Below are positions 38,585 to 49,877 of a stretch of 64,000 bases of DNA, one piece after another. The stretch's first letter is position 1. Every line of letters begins with the position of its first letter. The position numbers were made by a program, and so were the translations under genes. The notes beneath the pieces are model-generated. The model ran no database searches. It was given only the letters and a program-made list of their open reading frames with translations, and had not been told where the DNA came from. The stretch covers positions 19,096,001 to 19,160,000 of the forward strand of contig CM075982.1 of assembly GCA_038087875.1 (NCBI GenBank), written 5' to 3'. This DNA is from Malacoraja senta (lineage: Eukaryota).

Positions 38585-39660
38585 GATGCAAGGCTCGGTG
38601 CTGGGGCTGCAACTATTTACAATATATATTAATGATTTCGATGATGGAATTAAAGGTAACACTAGCAAATTTGCAGATGCCACAAAGCTGGGTGGCAGTG
38701 TGAACTGCAAAGAGGATGATAGGATGTCCAAGTCCAGGGTGACTTGGACAGGTTGAGTGAGTGGGCAAATGCATGACAGATGCAGTATAATGTAGATAAA
38801 TGTGAGGTTATCCACTTTGGCGGCAAGAACAAGGAGGCAGATTATTATCTTAATGGTGTCAGATTAGGAAAAAGGGAAGTGCAACAAGACCTGGGTGTCC
38901 TTGTACACCAGTCATTGAAAGTAAACATGTAGGTACAGAGGATGAGTATAGGAGTAAAGAGGTTCTTCTGCAGTTGTACAAGGCCCTGGTGAGACCACAT
39001 GTGGAGTATTGTGTGCAGTTTTGGTTTCCTAATTTGAGGAAGGACATCCTTGCTATTGAGGCAGTGCAGAGTAGGTTCACGAGGTTAATCCCTGGGATGG
39101 CGGGACTGTCATATGAGGAAAGATTGGAAAGACTGGGCTTGTATTCACTGGAATTTAGGATGAGAGGGGATCTTATAGAAAAGTATAAAATTATAAAAGG
39201 ACTGGACAAGCTAGATGCAGGAAAAATGTTCCCAATGTTGGGGGGAATCTAGAACCAGGGGCCATCCTAAGAATAAAGGGGAGGCCAGAACCTACTCTGC
39301 ATTTAAAACTGAGATGAGAAAAAACGTTTTCACCCTGAGAGTTGTGAATTTGTGGAGGCCGATTCACTGAATGAATTTAAAAGAGTTACATAGAGCTCTA
39401 GGGGCTAGCGGAATCAAAGGATATGGGGAGAAGGCAGGCACGGGTTACTGTTTGGGGATGATCAGCCATGATCACAATGAATGGCGGTGTTGGCTCGAAG
39501 GGCCAAATGGCCCTCTCCTGCACCTATTTTCTATGATATAGGGAAAAAGCAGCAACGGGGTACTGATTTCAGATGATCAGCCATGGTCATATTGAATGTC
39601 GGTGCTGGCTCGAAGGGCCGAACGGCCTACTCCTGCACCTATTTTTCTATGTTTTCTATA
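38585..39660 (+). mobile_element. CR1/HER1 LINE 3' ~1 kb with a tandemly repeated 3' UTR
   Basis: QGSVLG, KFADATKLGG, LVRPHVEYCVQFW; two successive 3' tails (~39420-39535 and ~39535-39660). Confidence 0.93.
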
Positions 39661-39865
39661 TTATGTGACTTGCACGTTTAAGCCCATCCAGCTTCAGCGC
39701 GAGTCCTGTGTGAGCCTCCTCCGGGGCCGCGACTCCGCTGCTGCTGCCGGACCCTGAGCCCTCGCCCCTCGCCCCGGCCGTGAACCCAGAGAACCGACGG
39801 CCGCCTCAGATGGGACCCGCCGCCCTCCGTGAACCTTTCCCCCCTGAGCTGGCCCCCGTACCTAC

Positions 39866-39930
39866 CCCCGGCCTCCCCCGAAGCTGCTGTATTGCTGCTG
39901 CCGCTCATCGTAACTGTCGAAATCCGCCAT
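39866..39930 (-). CDS. EIF4H: EIF4H coding exon 1 (MADFDSYDERQQQYSSFGGGRG)
   Basis: ATG in GACATGG Kozak context at 39930; peptide matches the vertebrate eIF4H N-terminus (MADFDTYDDRAYSSFGGG); donor GG|GTAGGT; 65 nt, phase 2 fits the next exon; lies in CpG island. Confidence 0.95.
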
Positions 39931-40718
39931 GTCCTGCTGCTCAGACAGACAAGACCCCGGCGCCAAGGCAACCGGGCTGCCCCGCACCGCCTCTGTCAGG
40001 CCGGCATCCCGGGCTCACCCCACGCGGGCGAGCTCCTTCCCACTGAATAGTCTCTGCTCCAGGACTACAACGTGTTTTAGATTTACAACCTATTTTCGTG
40101 CTTTCAATCCATTTCATCCTTCATGACATTTCAATGATCTGGTTTACTGTACAGTTAGCATGTAGCTTGAAATCGACATTGCAATAATTGCACAGTTATA
40201 GACACAGAGAGAGAAAAAAAGATTCCTTCTGGTGGTAATTGTCCTGAAAATCAAAACGTTGCAGAGGTTGGAAATTTAAAAATAAAACAGAGAACGCTGG
40301 CAGCACTCAGGTTTAGTGGAGAGGAAACCACTCAGCTGGACAGACAGCTTTAGTGGAAAGTGAATAGAGTTAAAGTTTGAGGGTCGGGACCCTTCATCAG
40401 AAGATGCTGACCAAGATCTTTGATGCCGACCCACCATCAGAAGACCAGCGTTCCGTCCTCATTCCCTGGACCAGGGTGGAAGCAGATTGAACGGTCGTTT
40501 GCCACATTCCTGTGTTGCGTAAATTGGCAGGCAGCCGGGATTTTTACACAGTGTGACTACGGCAAATTGACAATTGTCAATTATCAGAATCAAAATCAGT
40601 ACCTCACGTACAATACTATACAAACATAGATTGTTTTGTAAACTTTGGCAAAGCAGAGATCAGGCGGCTCTCCGGGCAGCGCTCGGGTGGTGACCTCGAG
40701 CGAGGACCCTGCGGCAGC

Positions 40719-40943
40719 ATGTTGATGGAGCAGAGGCCGAGCATGGCTTCGTCTCCATCTCCAGCACCGGCTCCGGCTCCGGCTCCGGCTCCAGCTCCGG
40801 CTCGCACAAAGCTCACCCACTCCGGGGGAATTCTGCAGAAAAACCGAGAGTTCCTCGACTTCTTCTGGGACATCGCCAAGCCCGAGCAGGAAATACGCCT
40901 AATGGCGATCAGCGGGCTGCTCGCGTACCTGAGGAGCAACGAG
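40719..40943 (+). CDS. MYBBP1A: MYBBP1A coding exon 1 (…ILQKNREFLDFFWDIAKPEQEIRLMAISGLLAYLRSNE)
   Basis: REFLDFFWDIAKP is the hallmark MYBBP1A/Pol5 N-terminal motif; donor GAG|GTAAGG; the start could be any of the in-frame ATGs at 40719, 40725 or 40743. Confidence 0.93.
40759..40803 (+). repeat. Coding hexanucleotide microsatellite (CCGGCT/CCAGCT)n encoding (Pro-Ala)n in MYBBP1A exon 1
   Basis: ccagcaccggctccggctccggctccggctccagctccggct. Confidence 0.9.
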
Positions 40944-41497
40944 GTAAGGCCGCGGGCAGGTGGAGAGACTGGACATGGGGCTTCCTGCCCGGGAGAAGTG
41001 TGGGGGTCTGGCTTGGATCGACCGTGTGATGGAAGTGACCAGGGCCCAGAATATGCAGCAGCGAGTGCTAGATTTCATCGTCATGTAACTGATATAACTA
41101 ACCCAAGTGTAACTGATAATTTATTGTATTATTGTTTTTTTGTTGTTGTGTTGTTGCGTTAATCTGCTTGTAAAGTTGTACCAAGCAAGAATTCAATTGT
41201 TCCATTCCCAATGTCAACGACAATTGAACAATCTTGACTTTTGACCTCGGGTCAACTCTTCAGAAGCTGGTCACCAGTTCTCCGCCCCCTGATCTAGACA
41301 CTGGGCATCTTCTATGTGTCCCCAAACTCTTATAACTAAATTCGCTGATTCAGACTTGAGACTTTGCCTCACTGCATCCACCTACAGAGCTGGATCTTCC
41401 TGTCTGTATATATTTGAGTCAAGTTTCTGCTTCAGGGCTGAGAGTTGAGGGGAGTTGGCTGGTTTAAAGAGATGAGAGGGTGGAGAATAGGTTGAAC

Positions 41498-41525
41498 GGG
41501 GGGGGGGGGGGGGGGGGGGGGGGGG
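41498..41525 (+). repeat. G28 homopolymer in MYBBP1A intron 1
   Basis: Direct read; exact length may be affected by sequencing error. Confidence 0.85.
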
Positions 41526-42161
41526 AAGAACGGTGGAGATAAAGAGAGAGGTGGAAGGTGATGTGGAGATAACAAAAGACTAGATCATGGAATCTGATAA
41601 GATTTGATCCTCCCACCCAGACCTGGCACCATTTAACCATCACTCCCCCTTCATCTGGAGCCACCTATCACTTGCCTGTTCCTGCCTCACCCCTCTAGCA
41701 CCTCTTCATACTGGTTCCCTCCCTTCTACATTCTTAGCCCTGATGGAGGGTCTCAACCTGATATGTTGACTAGTCATGTCTCCGCTAAGCTTACTTCTCT
41801 CCCTGATGTATCCCACAATCCCCAGTATCTGGACCTTCTCTTCCTGCTTCCAGATTCGAATCCTGTGGGATCCTGACACATGTATGCAACTCTTATTCCA
41901 CTATTTCCCAGAATCCAGCTGTTTCACCCTTGGATTGAGTCTATCTCCAACCAAGATATGGACAATTGCCCTTATTCTGTCCCCCAACCTCACTTGACCA
42001 TTTGATTTATTTTTCTGCATCAACCATTTATTCATCTACATTTTCTTATTTCTTCGTGAATCGGTCTTTACATTCATCCAGTTCTTGTGTAATTGTCAGG
42101 TGCATCTAATAATGATCTTTGGATACCATAAGCTATGGACTATTTGTTGACCCAGCACCCA

Positions 42162-42479
42162 GGGGCGACATGGTGGCGTAAAGATAGAGCTACTGCCTTA
42201 CAGCGCCAGAGACCCTGATTTGATCCTGACTGGGTGCTTGTCTGTACAGAGTTTGTACGTTCTCCCTGTGACCTGCGTGGGTTTTTCCTGAGATCTTTTG
42301 TTTCCTCCCACACTTCAAAGACGTACAACTTTGTAGGTTAATTGGCTTGGTATAAATGTAAAATTGTCACGAGTGTGTGTAGGATAGTGTTGATGTGTGG
42401 GGATCGCTGGTAGGTGCGGACTCGGGTGGGCTGAAGGGCCTATTTCCACGCTGTATCTCTAAATTAAACCAAACCAAAC
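42162..42479 (+). mobile_element. tRNA-derived SINE (HE1/V-SINE type) ending ~35 bp before the MYBBP1A exon 2 acceptor
   Basis: Head tggtggcgtaaagatagagctactgccttacagcgccag, core gagtttgtacgttctccctgtgacc, tail (aaacc)n. Confidence 0.9.
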
Positions 42480-42514
42480 TATTAATTTGGAATAATACTT
42501 GACTTTGTTTGCAG

Positions 42515-42610
42515 GGTGACAACCTTGAATATACTATCCAACGACTTATTGAGGGCCTGGCAGCAACTCGTGAAACAGCTCGTCCTGGCTTCAGTTTGGC
42601 CCTGGCACAG
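42515..42610 (+). CDS. MYBBP1A: MYBBP1A coding exon 2 (GDNLEYTIQRLIEGLAATRETARPGFSLALAQ)
   Basis: Conserved YxxxRLIxGLxxxRETARPxxSLALAQ; ttgcag acceptor, GTTAGA donor; 96 nt. Confidence 0.95.
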
Positions 42611-42884
42611 GTTAGACATTGCTTAATGCAGGGAATGGGCAGAGGAGAACACGAAACCGAACTGGATTTTAATCCGTCTGAGTGTATGTGCATGTGATGC
42701 TGCTGCAAACAAGATTTTCATTGTACATGTACTTCACCAAACTTGGGCATATAATAATCAACTCCACTTGATTTGATTCTGCTCTTAGAGGCACAAGGTT
42801 GGAGACTAAATTACAGTACAATAAATTCTCATTAAGGTCCTTCTTGTATTTTATTTCTCTTGTTTTCATTGTTAACAGCATTTC

Positions 42885-44800
42885 ACCAACGTGAGCCCTT
42901 AACGATTGAGATGGGAAAATTTGTTACGAGGAATAAGGATATGACCGATTAATTAAACTATTATCAGGCATTTTTTCAGAGAATAATATGCACAAAACCA
43001 GCTAGATATACAAGAGAATCAGATGTTTAATGGGAATGAAGCAATGTCAAAAAACAGTATTGGAGAAGTTGGTGAGCTTGAAATCAAGTCAATCCAGAAC
43101 CTGGTGATCTACATCCCAGAGTTTGATACTCTGGAGGGTTTGGAGATGGTGGGTGCGCCGGTTATTATCCTTGAAAGGATTGAGCAGAATCAACATGCCT
43201 GAAAGGAAAATCTGCTGTAGTTGTTTGAGAATGCAACAAGTAGAAAAGATGAAGAGGGCCCAATGGATGTGGTGTATTTGGATGTGGTGTATTTGGATTT
43301 TGGGAAAACCTTTGATAAGGTCAACAAGCAAAGAGTGGGAATATAGTGATCCTTTTGGTAAATCGTGAGTCCGTGTGGAAATGTTCAAAGGGACCTAGGT
43401 GTGCCTGTTCACGGGTTATTGGAGGCCACCATCAGCAAATAATTAGGAATGGAAATAGAATGTGTGTTTATTAAATAGAATTTGAATATTTTTCATATTT
43501 CATATACTTTGAGGCATTTAGCCCATCACACTTGTAAAGGTTCCCTGAGCAATTCTATCCGTTTTTTCCCCCAACCAATTTTACTATTCTCTCATGCATG
43601 CTATCCTATGCTACTGTGTATACGGATTGCACAGTGACACAGTAAAGCCACTGCCTCATAGTACCAATTGCATGAGTTCAATACCTCCCTCAGGTGTTGT
43701 CTGCATGACGTTTGCACATTCTCTCTGACTTCATGGGTTTCCCCATAGGTGCTCCAGTTTTCTCCTTTCACAAAGGTGTGCTTGTTGGTACATTGATTGT
43801 CAACTGTAAGTTGACTCTGGTGTGTCAGTGAGTGGTGGAATCGAGAGGGAGTTGATGAGAATGTGGGGAAATAAAATAAATAGGGATTAATGTAGGAGTA
43901 GTTTAAAATGGGTGATTCATGGTCAGTGCAGACTCTGTGAACGAAAGGACTGGTTTCCATTCTGTAGAATTCTACCACCCCCTACATTAGACGAGTTTCA
44001 CTGGACACTTATCAATCAGCATTTCAGTGGGATGCAGGGGAAAACAGAAACAACTGAGGAAACCCACTCAGTCACCAGGAGAATATGCCAATTCCACATG
44101 GATAGTACCCAAGATTAAGATCAAACTCCGTTTGAAGGAGTTGCGAGCAGCAGCACTCCCTGCAGCACCACTGTGCTGTTCTGGAGATACGGAAATCTTA
44201 TTGCAATTGTCCGCACCTGGAGTTTTGGAATCCTTACCACGTGCAGGCAGAGGAGATTAGTTTAACTTGGCATGGACATTGGGAGTCGAATGGCCTGTTC
44301 CTCTGCTGTGCTGTTCTAAGTTTTGTGTAAGGATGTACTTGCATTGAGGTGCAGTGCTGACTGACTGGATTTAAGGATGAAGAGAATGCATTAGAGAATT
44401 TCTCTAATGAAGAGAAATTGAATAGATGAGGTTTATATTTCTCAACGTTTAGAAGAATGAGGAGAACTCCTTGAAATTAACAACATTCTTTCAGGACATG
44501 TCAAGCCAGAAATAGGCAAGTTGCTTCCCTCAAGTGTCAAGGAGTAGGGTGCACAGTCTCAGAAAAAAAGGGTGCCCTATTTAGGGCTGAATTGAGGGAA
44601 CATTCTTCACTCAAGAGGGTGGAGCGTCTTTGGGATTTTCAATCCTCTGGGATTGCTGAGCTTCTGAGGATGGATGATTTACTGTGCAACAACAGAATCA
44701 ATGGATGGTGTGGAATGACACCGAGGTAGAAGCTCAGCCATGATCTTAAATAGTGGGCTTGAAGGGCTGCATGGTCAACTCCTGTTCCTATCTGTTGTGT
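42885..44800 (+). mobile_element. Old fragmented CR1 interrupted by SINEs
   Basis: gatgtggtgtatttggattttgggaaaacctttgataagg (DVVYLDF..FDK), ttcttcactcaagagggtgg, 3' tail ctcctgttcctat. Confidence 0.7.
43625..44177. mobile_element. Two older SINE copies in opposite orientation (~43625-43970 plus, ~44000-44177 minus)
   Basis: tRNA heads (gcacagtgacacagt…gagttcaatacc; cacagtggtgctgcagggag) and tttgcacattctc core. Confidence 0.65.
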
Positions 44801-45418
44801 TGTGGCTGAGTAGCTAAATCTGCTGCTACTCAACTGATTCATCAGCAGAGCACAGCTTGAACTGTCCCTTTTTTTTTATGCCTCGACCTCTATTTTGGTC
44901 TTGTACAGCTCTCCTTAAACCTGCATCTTTGGCTTGAGCTTTTATTTGCCTGATTTAATTTCCCCCTTTCTCGCTTCTTGTCAATGATGTGTTTATGTCG
45001 AACACTTAAGGCATTTAATCCTATGGAAGGCTAATTCAGTAATGATTGCAGGAAGAAGCTGTAATGACTTTGAGGGTACTCTTAGCATTCAGTTAATAGT
45101 GCATCCTGGGATTGAGTTAGGATTTAAGATAGACACAAAACGCTGAAGCAACCGAGTGGGACAGGCAGCATTTCTGAAGAGAAAGAATGGGTGATGTTTT
45201 GGGTTGAGACCCTTCTTGAGACCCCTGGTTGAAATAGTTAATTACCAATAGTGTACCTGGTAGAGCAAGGTAATGCGGTATGCTGCAGCTCAGCAGAAAT
45301 AACTGTTGAAATGGTGGCCGTAGTGGTTGTTGCCCACTTTTTTCATTCTTCTGCTATTGATGCCTTATATGAGACCTGTTTATGAGGTTTTTTTTAAATT
45401 CTGATTTATCTTTAACAG

Positions 45419-45502
45419 CTCCTGCAATGCAATGAGACGATCCTTCTGCGGACTATCCTGGAGCAGATCAAAAAGAAACATAATATAAACATGACCAAGA
45501 AG
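45419..45502 (+). CDS. MYBBP1A: MYBBP1A coding exon 3 (LLQCNETILLRTILEQIKKKHNINMTKK)
   Basis: tttaacag acceptor, AAG|GTGTGT donor; 84 nt, phase 0, open frame. Confidence 0.9.
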
Positions 45503-45952
45503 GTGTGTGGTTGAAGAGAATAGAGCACGCTTAAGTATTGGGACAGCTTATTGAGTATAGAAGTCTTGGTGTAATGTGGAATTTAAAACAGTGTAAAACC
45601 TGGGTGTTATCATTTTCTCTGCAATCAAGTATAAGAAAGCGGAGATCATAGTCACATTATTAGGCAGACAGATATTAGATATGCAAAATAGGATGTCTTT
45701 TAGGAGAAGTAAAGGAAGGGTATTTTGAAAGCTGAGATTGATAGGTTCTTGTTTAGTAAGGGCATCTAAGGTTATGTTAAGAAGGCAGGGGAATGGGCTT
45801 GAGAGGGAAAAATAGATCAGCCTTGATCGAGTGGTGGAGCAGGCACGATTGGCCGAATGGCCTAATTCTGTTCTTTATGGTCCAAGAACTTGTGGATTGA
45901 TCCTAAATAAATATCAAAGAAGTTGAACAATGAAACATGAGGATTCAGATTG

Positions 45953-46413
45953 CAGTAAAACTTTGAAAATCTTTTTCCAATATTCGTCATCTGGCTTACT
46001 CACTAAGTCCTCATCACCTGGGAACCACGTATCTGCTAACATGTAAGGTCAGTCTACTGCAGGGACAGCGAGTCGGGTGTGCGACCAAAGTTGGAAAAAC
46101 CGAGCATTTGGAATATGGGTAGGTTTTCATGCAGAACTGGGATCTAGAGTGCATATATTTTTAAGTTTGTTGAATGAAACTCACCGGGTTCTGTTTCCTG
46201 GGATCCCTTTAGACTTGGTGGTGCTCAGTGCTCAGTTTCCTACTCCCTTTAAACTTGCCTGCTTCATTAAAAAAATATTATACCACTGTGTAATATGTTT
46301 AAAAACAGATGAAATATGGGTATCAAGGATGCTGTCAATAATATCCAGTGGTCCAAAAAATCCGCTGGTCCACACCAAAGCCTTGAGGGTACCTGATTTT
46401 CACAATTTTACTG
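45953..46413. mobile_element. Second, more diverged copy of the pogo/Tigger-like MITE
   Basis: Ends CAGTAAAACTTTGAAAATC…GATTTTCACAATTTTACTG; subterminal ataatatcca…gctggtcc…accaaag shared with the 34921 copy. Confidence 0.65.
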
Positions 46414-47520
46414 TAACACATCTTTCAATGTGGGAGGACAGAGTGGTAAAGCTGTGGAATGGCTGAGAGGTGGGAAGAGCCATCTTGATCTATTCAATGA
46501 TTCAATGGACTGCAAGTGCAATGCAATGTCCAATTTGATGTCTTGCTTGGGGAAGGTATAAACATTCAGAGTGATAATGAGAGGCTATAATAGAAAGCAT
46601 ATTTGAGAGAAATTGGACCGTTCATTGTGGCTGAACAGATTGAAATTATCTAGTAAAAGTTGTCAGAAATTGTAGGACTTTGGTATGTAGAATCCTGAAA
46701 ATATCTTCTTCTGGTCAGTGAGCTGCTGATTAGAGGGGAATATTTATTTAGGTTTGGGTTTAAAGTTTATTACTGTCAATTAATACAATGCAGTATTTAT
46801 ATACAAATGTTTCCATCATTAACAACTTTCATTAATATTAGTGAAGTGTTTTAGCCATGACGAGGAAGGGTAGACAGTGAGAAACATTTTATCTTCGGAG
46901 AGGTGCATAGAACAAGGGAGCATAGTTTTAAGCCTATAGTTTGGAGATATGGAGGGATTTGAGGAATCTAAAAACATCAAGTAGTGAAATAAGCATTAGA
47001 AAACGCAATACAAAGGTGGCTCTGGACCGAGTACTCCAAAATGGGTCTTCTATATATAGACACTCGATGGCCAGCAAATATAGTATTTCTTGTAATCGAG
47101 TATGCTGATAAAACAATTGAATACCAGCAATGGGTGCAGAATGTATTGTGAAGCAGATAAATAAAACTGCATGCATGCTAAAGGAAGGGAATTGAGCAGG
47201 TAACTCCTCCAGAGAACTTATACAGATCAGATGGCTACTGCCCTCTTCCAGTGTGGCAACATAATGTGGTTGTAAGTTTGTTGCAGTTATTACATTTGTA
47301 CAACCTCCTTTGCTCCATCAACAGAACATTGTATCAGATCCTTTGAGAAGTGCCCAGCAATTTTGCACAGAACTACTGCACTAATGCCAACCGTCATCTG
47401 TCCTTGGTAGACAGCAAGTGCTGGGTGCAGGAAGGGAAATATACAAAACACAATCTACCCTAAATCAAACAACAATCCATTACATCACAGGGTTAACTCA
47501 AATGTGTTTTCTTATTCTAG

Positions 47521-47595
47521 AAATTCATCAGAAATGCTGTGTTTGGAAACTTCTTTGGTGTCTTGGCACTTTCACAATCTGGAAGACTAATAAAG
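47521..47595 (+). CDS. MYBBP1A: MYBBP1A coding exon 4 (KFIRNAVFGNFFGVLALSQSGRLIK)
   Basis: Conserved FGNxFGVLALxQSGRL; ttctag acceptor, GTAACT donor; 75 nt. Confidence 0.95.
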
Positions 47596-48315
47596 GTAAC
47601 TACAACCTCTAAATGCATCTGGGAAAAAAAAGAATGTCAGTTAGTTTGTGTATGAATGACACAGCTTGAGGGAGGTAGCACAATGACCTTTGGGTAAATA
47701 TAAGAAGTGGAAAAAAACTAGAACATTAATAGTGGAAGCTATCACTTACCCAAATTATAATCCGATTCAATCAGTGTGAAAAGTTGTAGAGGGCACAGAA
47801 ATCGTAAAGTGCATTCAGGAGATCCTTGGGTAATATCTAGCGAGCTCAATCTGTGATTAAATGGGTTGTGAAGGGAGTAGTGCAATTCTGTATTTAGATT
47901 TGGGAAACAGCCGTAGGAATGTTATTGTAACATGTACCTCGATAAAGTATAAAGCTTTGTTTGTGCGCTATTCAGTTAAAGTATACTATGCATGAGTACA
48001 AGTAAAATGAGTGGAATGGTTGTAAGTATATCCTCTTCTGGGACAACAAGCAGAGCATCGCCATACTTCAGCCTTTCCTTGACTTAAATGCTGGTTTCTC
48101 TTTTGTAGACTTCTGACTTGCTCAAGTTTTGTATACTTTCACCAAACAACTTCACAAACAAGTGTTTATAAAAATCTATTGTGAAGTGGTGTCCAATTAT
48201 GGCAGTCTGATTAAATGAGTAATGCTGCTTTTATTTAGGGATTATAAAGATATATGTTAGTTTTTTGTATTTCGTTTGTTCGTGGAAAACAATATTTTTT
48301 ATAAATTGTTGCCAG

Positions 48316-48423
48316 GAGCCAGACATTCTTTTGGAGTCAATCCAACTGCTGCAAAGCCTCAGTAAATATAGGCAATACCTCCGGGATCTGCCAGCAAAAA
48401 CTATTGTGGACATCCTATCAGAG
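48316..48423 (+). CDS. MYBBP1A: MYBBP1A coding exon 5 (EPDILLESIQLLQSLSKYRQYLRDLPAKTIVDILSE)
   Basis: ccag acceptor, GAG|GTAAGG donor; 108 nt; VDILSE motif. Confidence 0.93.
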
Positions 48424-49849
48424 GTAAGGTTTTGGATTAGACTAGTTAAATGTGTTTCTAAATTCCACATCTGTTGAATATGTTTGACACACATGGCCTC
48501 ATACGTTAATCAGAGAGCCATACAGAGCACTGGTTTCATCATAATTAAGTTGAATGAATATTTGGAGAAATTTACTGGCATAATAGATTGGCAAAAGGGC
48601 TTGGAATTTGTCCGTATGGAATTCTAGAAGCACTGTACTCAAGATAGTTTAGAGATCATAAGCGAGAATAAAACAATACAGAATTGAAGTTTTACTTTTA
48701 TGATATGTGTTGGGAGATGTAGGACTGAGAGACTATCATTTGGGAGTGTGACAAGTGGTATTCTCCAAACATGCTATTGGGACCGCAAGCTTCGTTAATA
48801 TTGTCCATCATTTAAAAAAAATATATCACACTATGACACTTGTAATGTCCTTGAAAGTGGTAATGAGCCTCCTCAAATCACGGCAATCCTACTGGTGAAG
48901 GTAAACCAGTGGTACTGTTGAGTAGAGAATTCTAGGTTGTCAAACCAGTGACATTGAATGGACAATTCCATGCCGTTATTTTGTGGGACTTGGAATAGAT
49001 CTTGTAGGTAGCAGTGCTCATGTGTTTATCGTTGATCTCCAGGTGGTGCAGGTTTCAGGTGCTCTTGAAAGACCCTTTGGGGAGTTACTGTGATGGTACA
49101 TACTGTAACCTTGATGTTGAAGAGATTAAATGTTTAAAGTGTTGGATGGGTGCATGTATACTATTTTGTCGGGGATGGTTTGAAGGATCTTGAATGTTGT
49201 TGGAATCTCACTCATCCAGGCAAGTACATTGCTGATGGGTTCGTAGGTGAGTCATATTCTGACCTGCTCTGCCATAAGCATTGATGTATATGCTCTAATT
49301 AACTTGTTGATCATTGCTGTTCTGTCTCGTCCATGTTTACGATGGGCTGATCAATGAGGGGAAGAGAATGCTGAACATCGAGGGTAGTTGGTTAGATTCT
49401 CATGTTGAGAACGTCATTGCCCAGCATTTATGTAGTGCTGATCTTACTCGTCATTGAACAGCCTGAGCCTCAATGTTGTTGCTCATAGACTGCTTCATTA
49501 TCTGTAAAGTTGAGAATAGAATGCAACGCATTACAATCATCAGCATATGTTTGCATAATGATGGAGTGAAGGACATTGTTAATGGACTAGAACACTGCCC
49601 TGGGTAGTGACATTTCAAATGGAGGATATGCTTCTCCATAGACAGGCACAAAAAGCTAGACTAACTCAGAAGCATCTCTGGAGAAAAGGAATAGTTACTA
49701 CAGCCTTTTGTGTCTCTCTTCAGTTTAAGCCAGCATCTGCAATTCTTCCCTACACATGTTTCTCCATGTTCACATACACTGACTGAAGCAGAGTTTAGAC
49801 ATTTGAACTATAAGAGAAACTGGAGTAACTCACCAGAACATGGATCGAT

Positions 49850-49877
49850 GACGTTTCAGGTCGGAATCCTTCCTCAG
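49850..49877 (-). ncRNA. Hammerhead-like core in a Penelope-derived repeat
   Basis: CUGAGGA-AGG(AUUCCGA)CCU-GAAAC-GUC. Confidence 0.45.

Larger units (their letters stand above)
39670..41060. promoter_or_regulatory. CpG island / bidirectional promoter region of EIF4H and MYBBP1A (two GC-rich lobes, ~39670-40060 and ~40660-41060)
   Basis: Sharp rise in GC and CpG against the AT-rich background; divergent start codons 788 bp apart. Confidence 0.85.

Noticed and set aside
39678-40126. Several overlapping GC-rich ORFs around EIF4H exon 1
   Set aside because: Expected by chance in a CpG island; the real coding frame is the 65-nt exon 39866-39930
40596-40939. Antisense ORFs with RSRSRS or AGAGAG repeats
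   Set aside because: Shadow frames of the CCGGCT microsatellite in MYBBP1A exon 1
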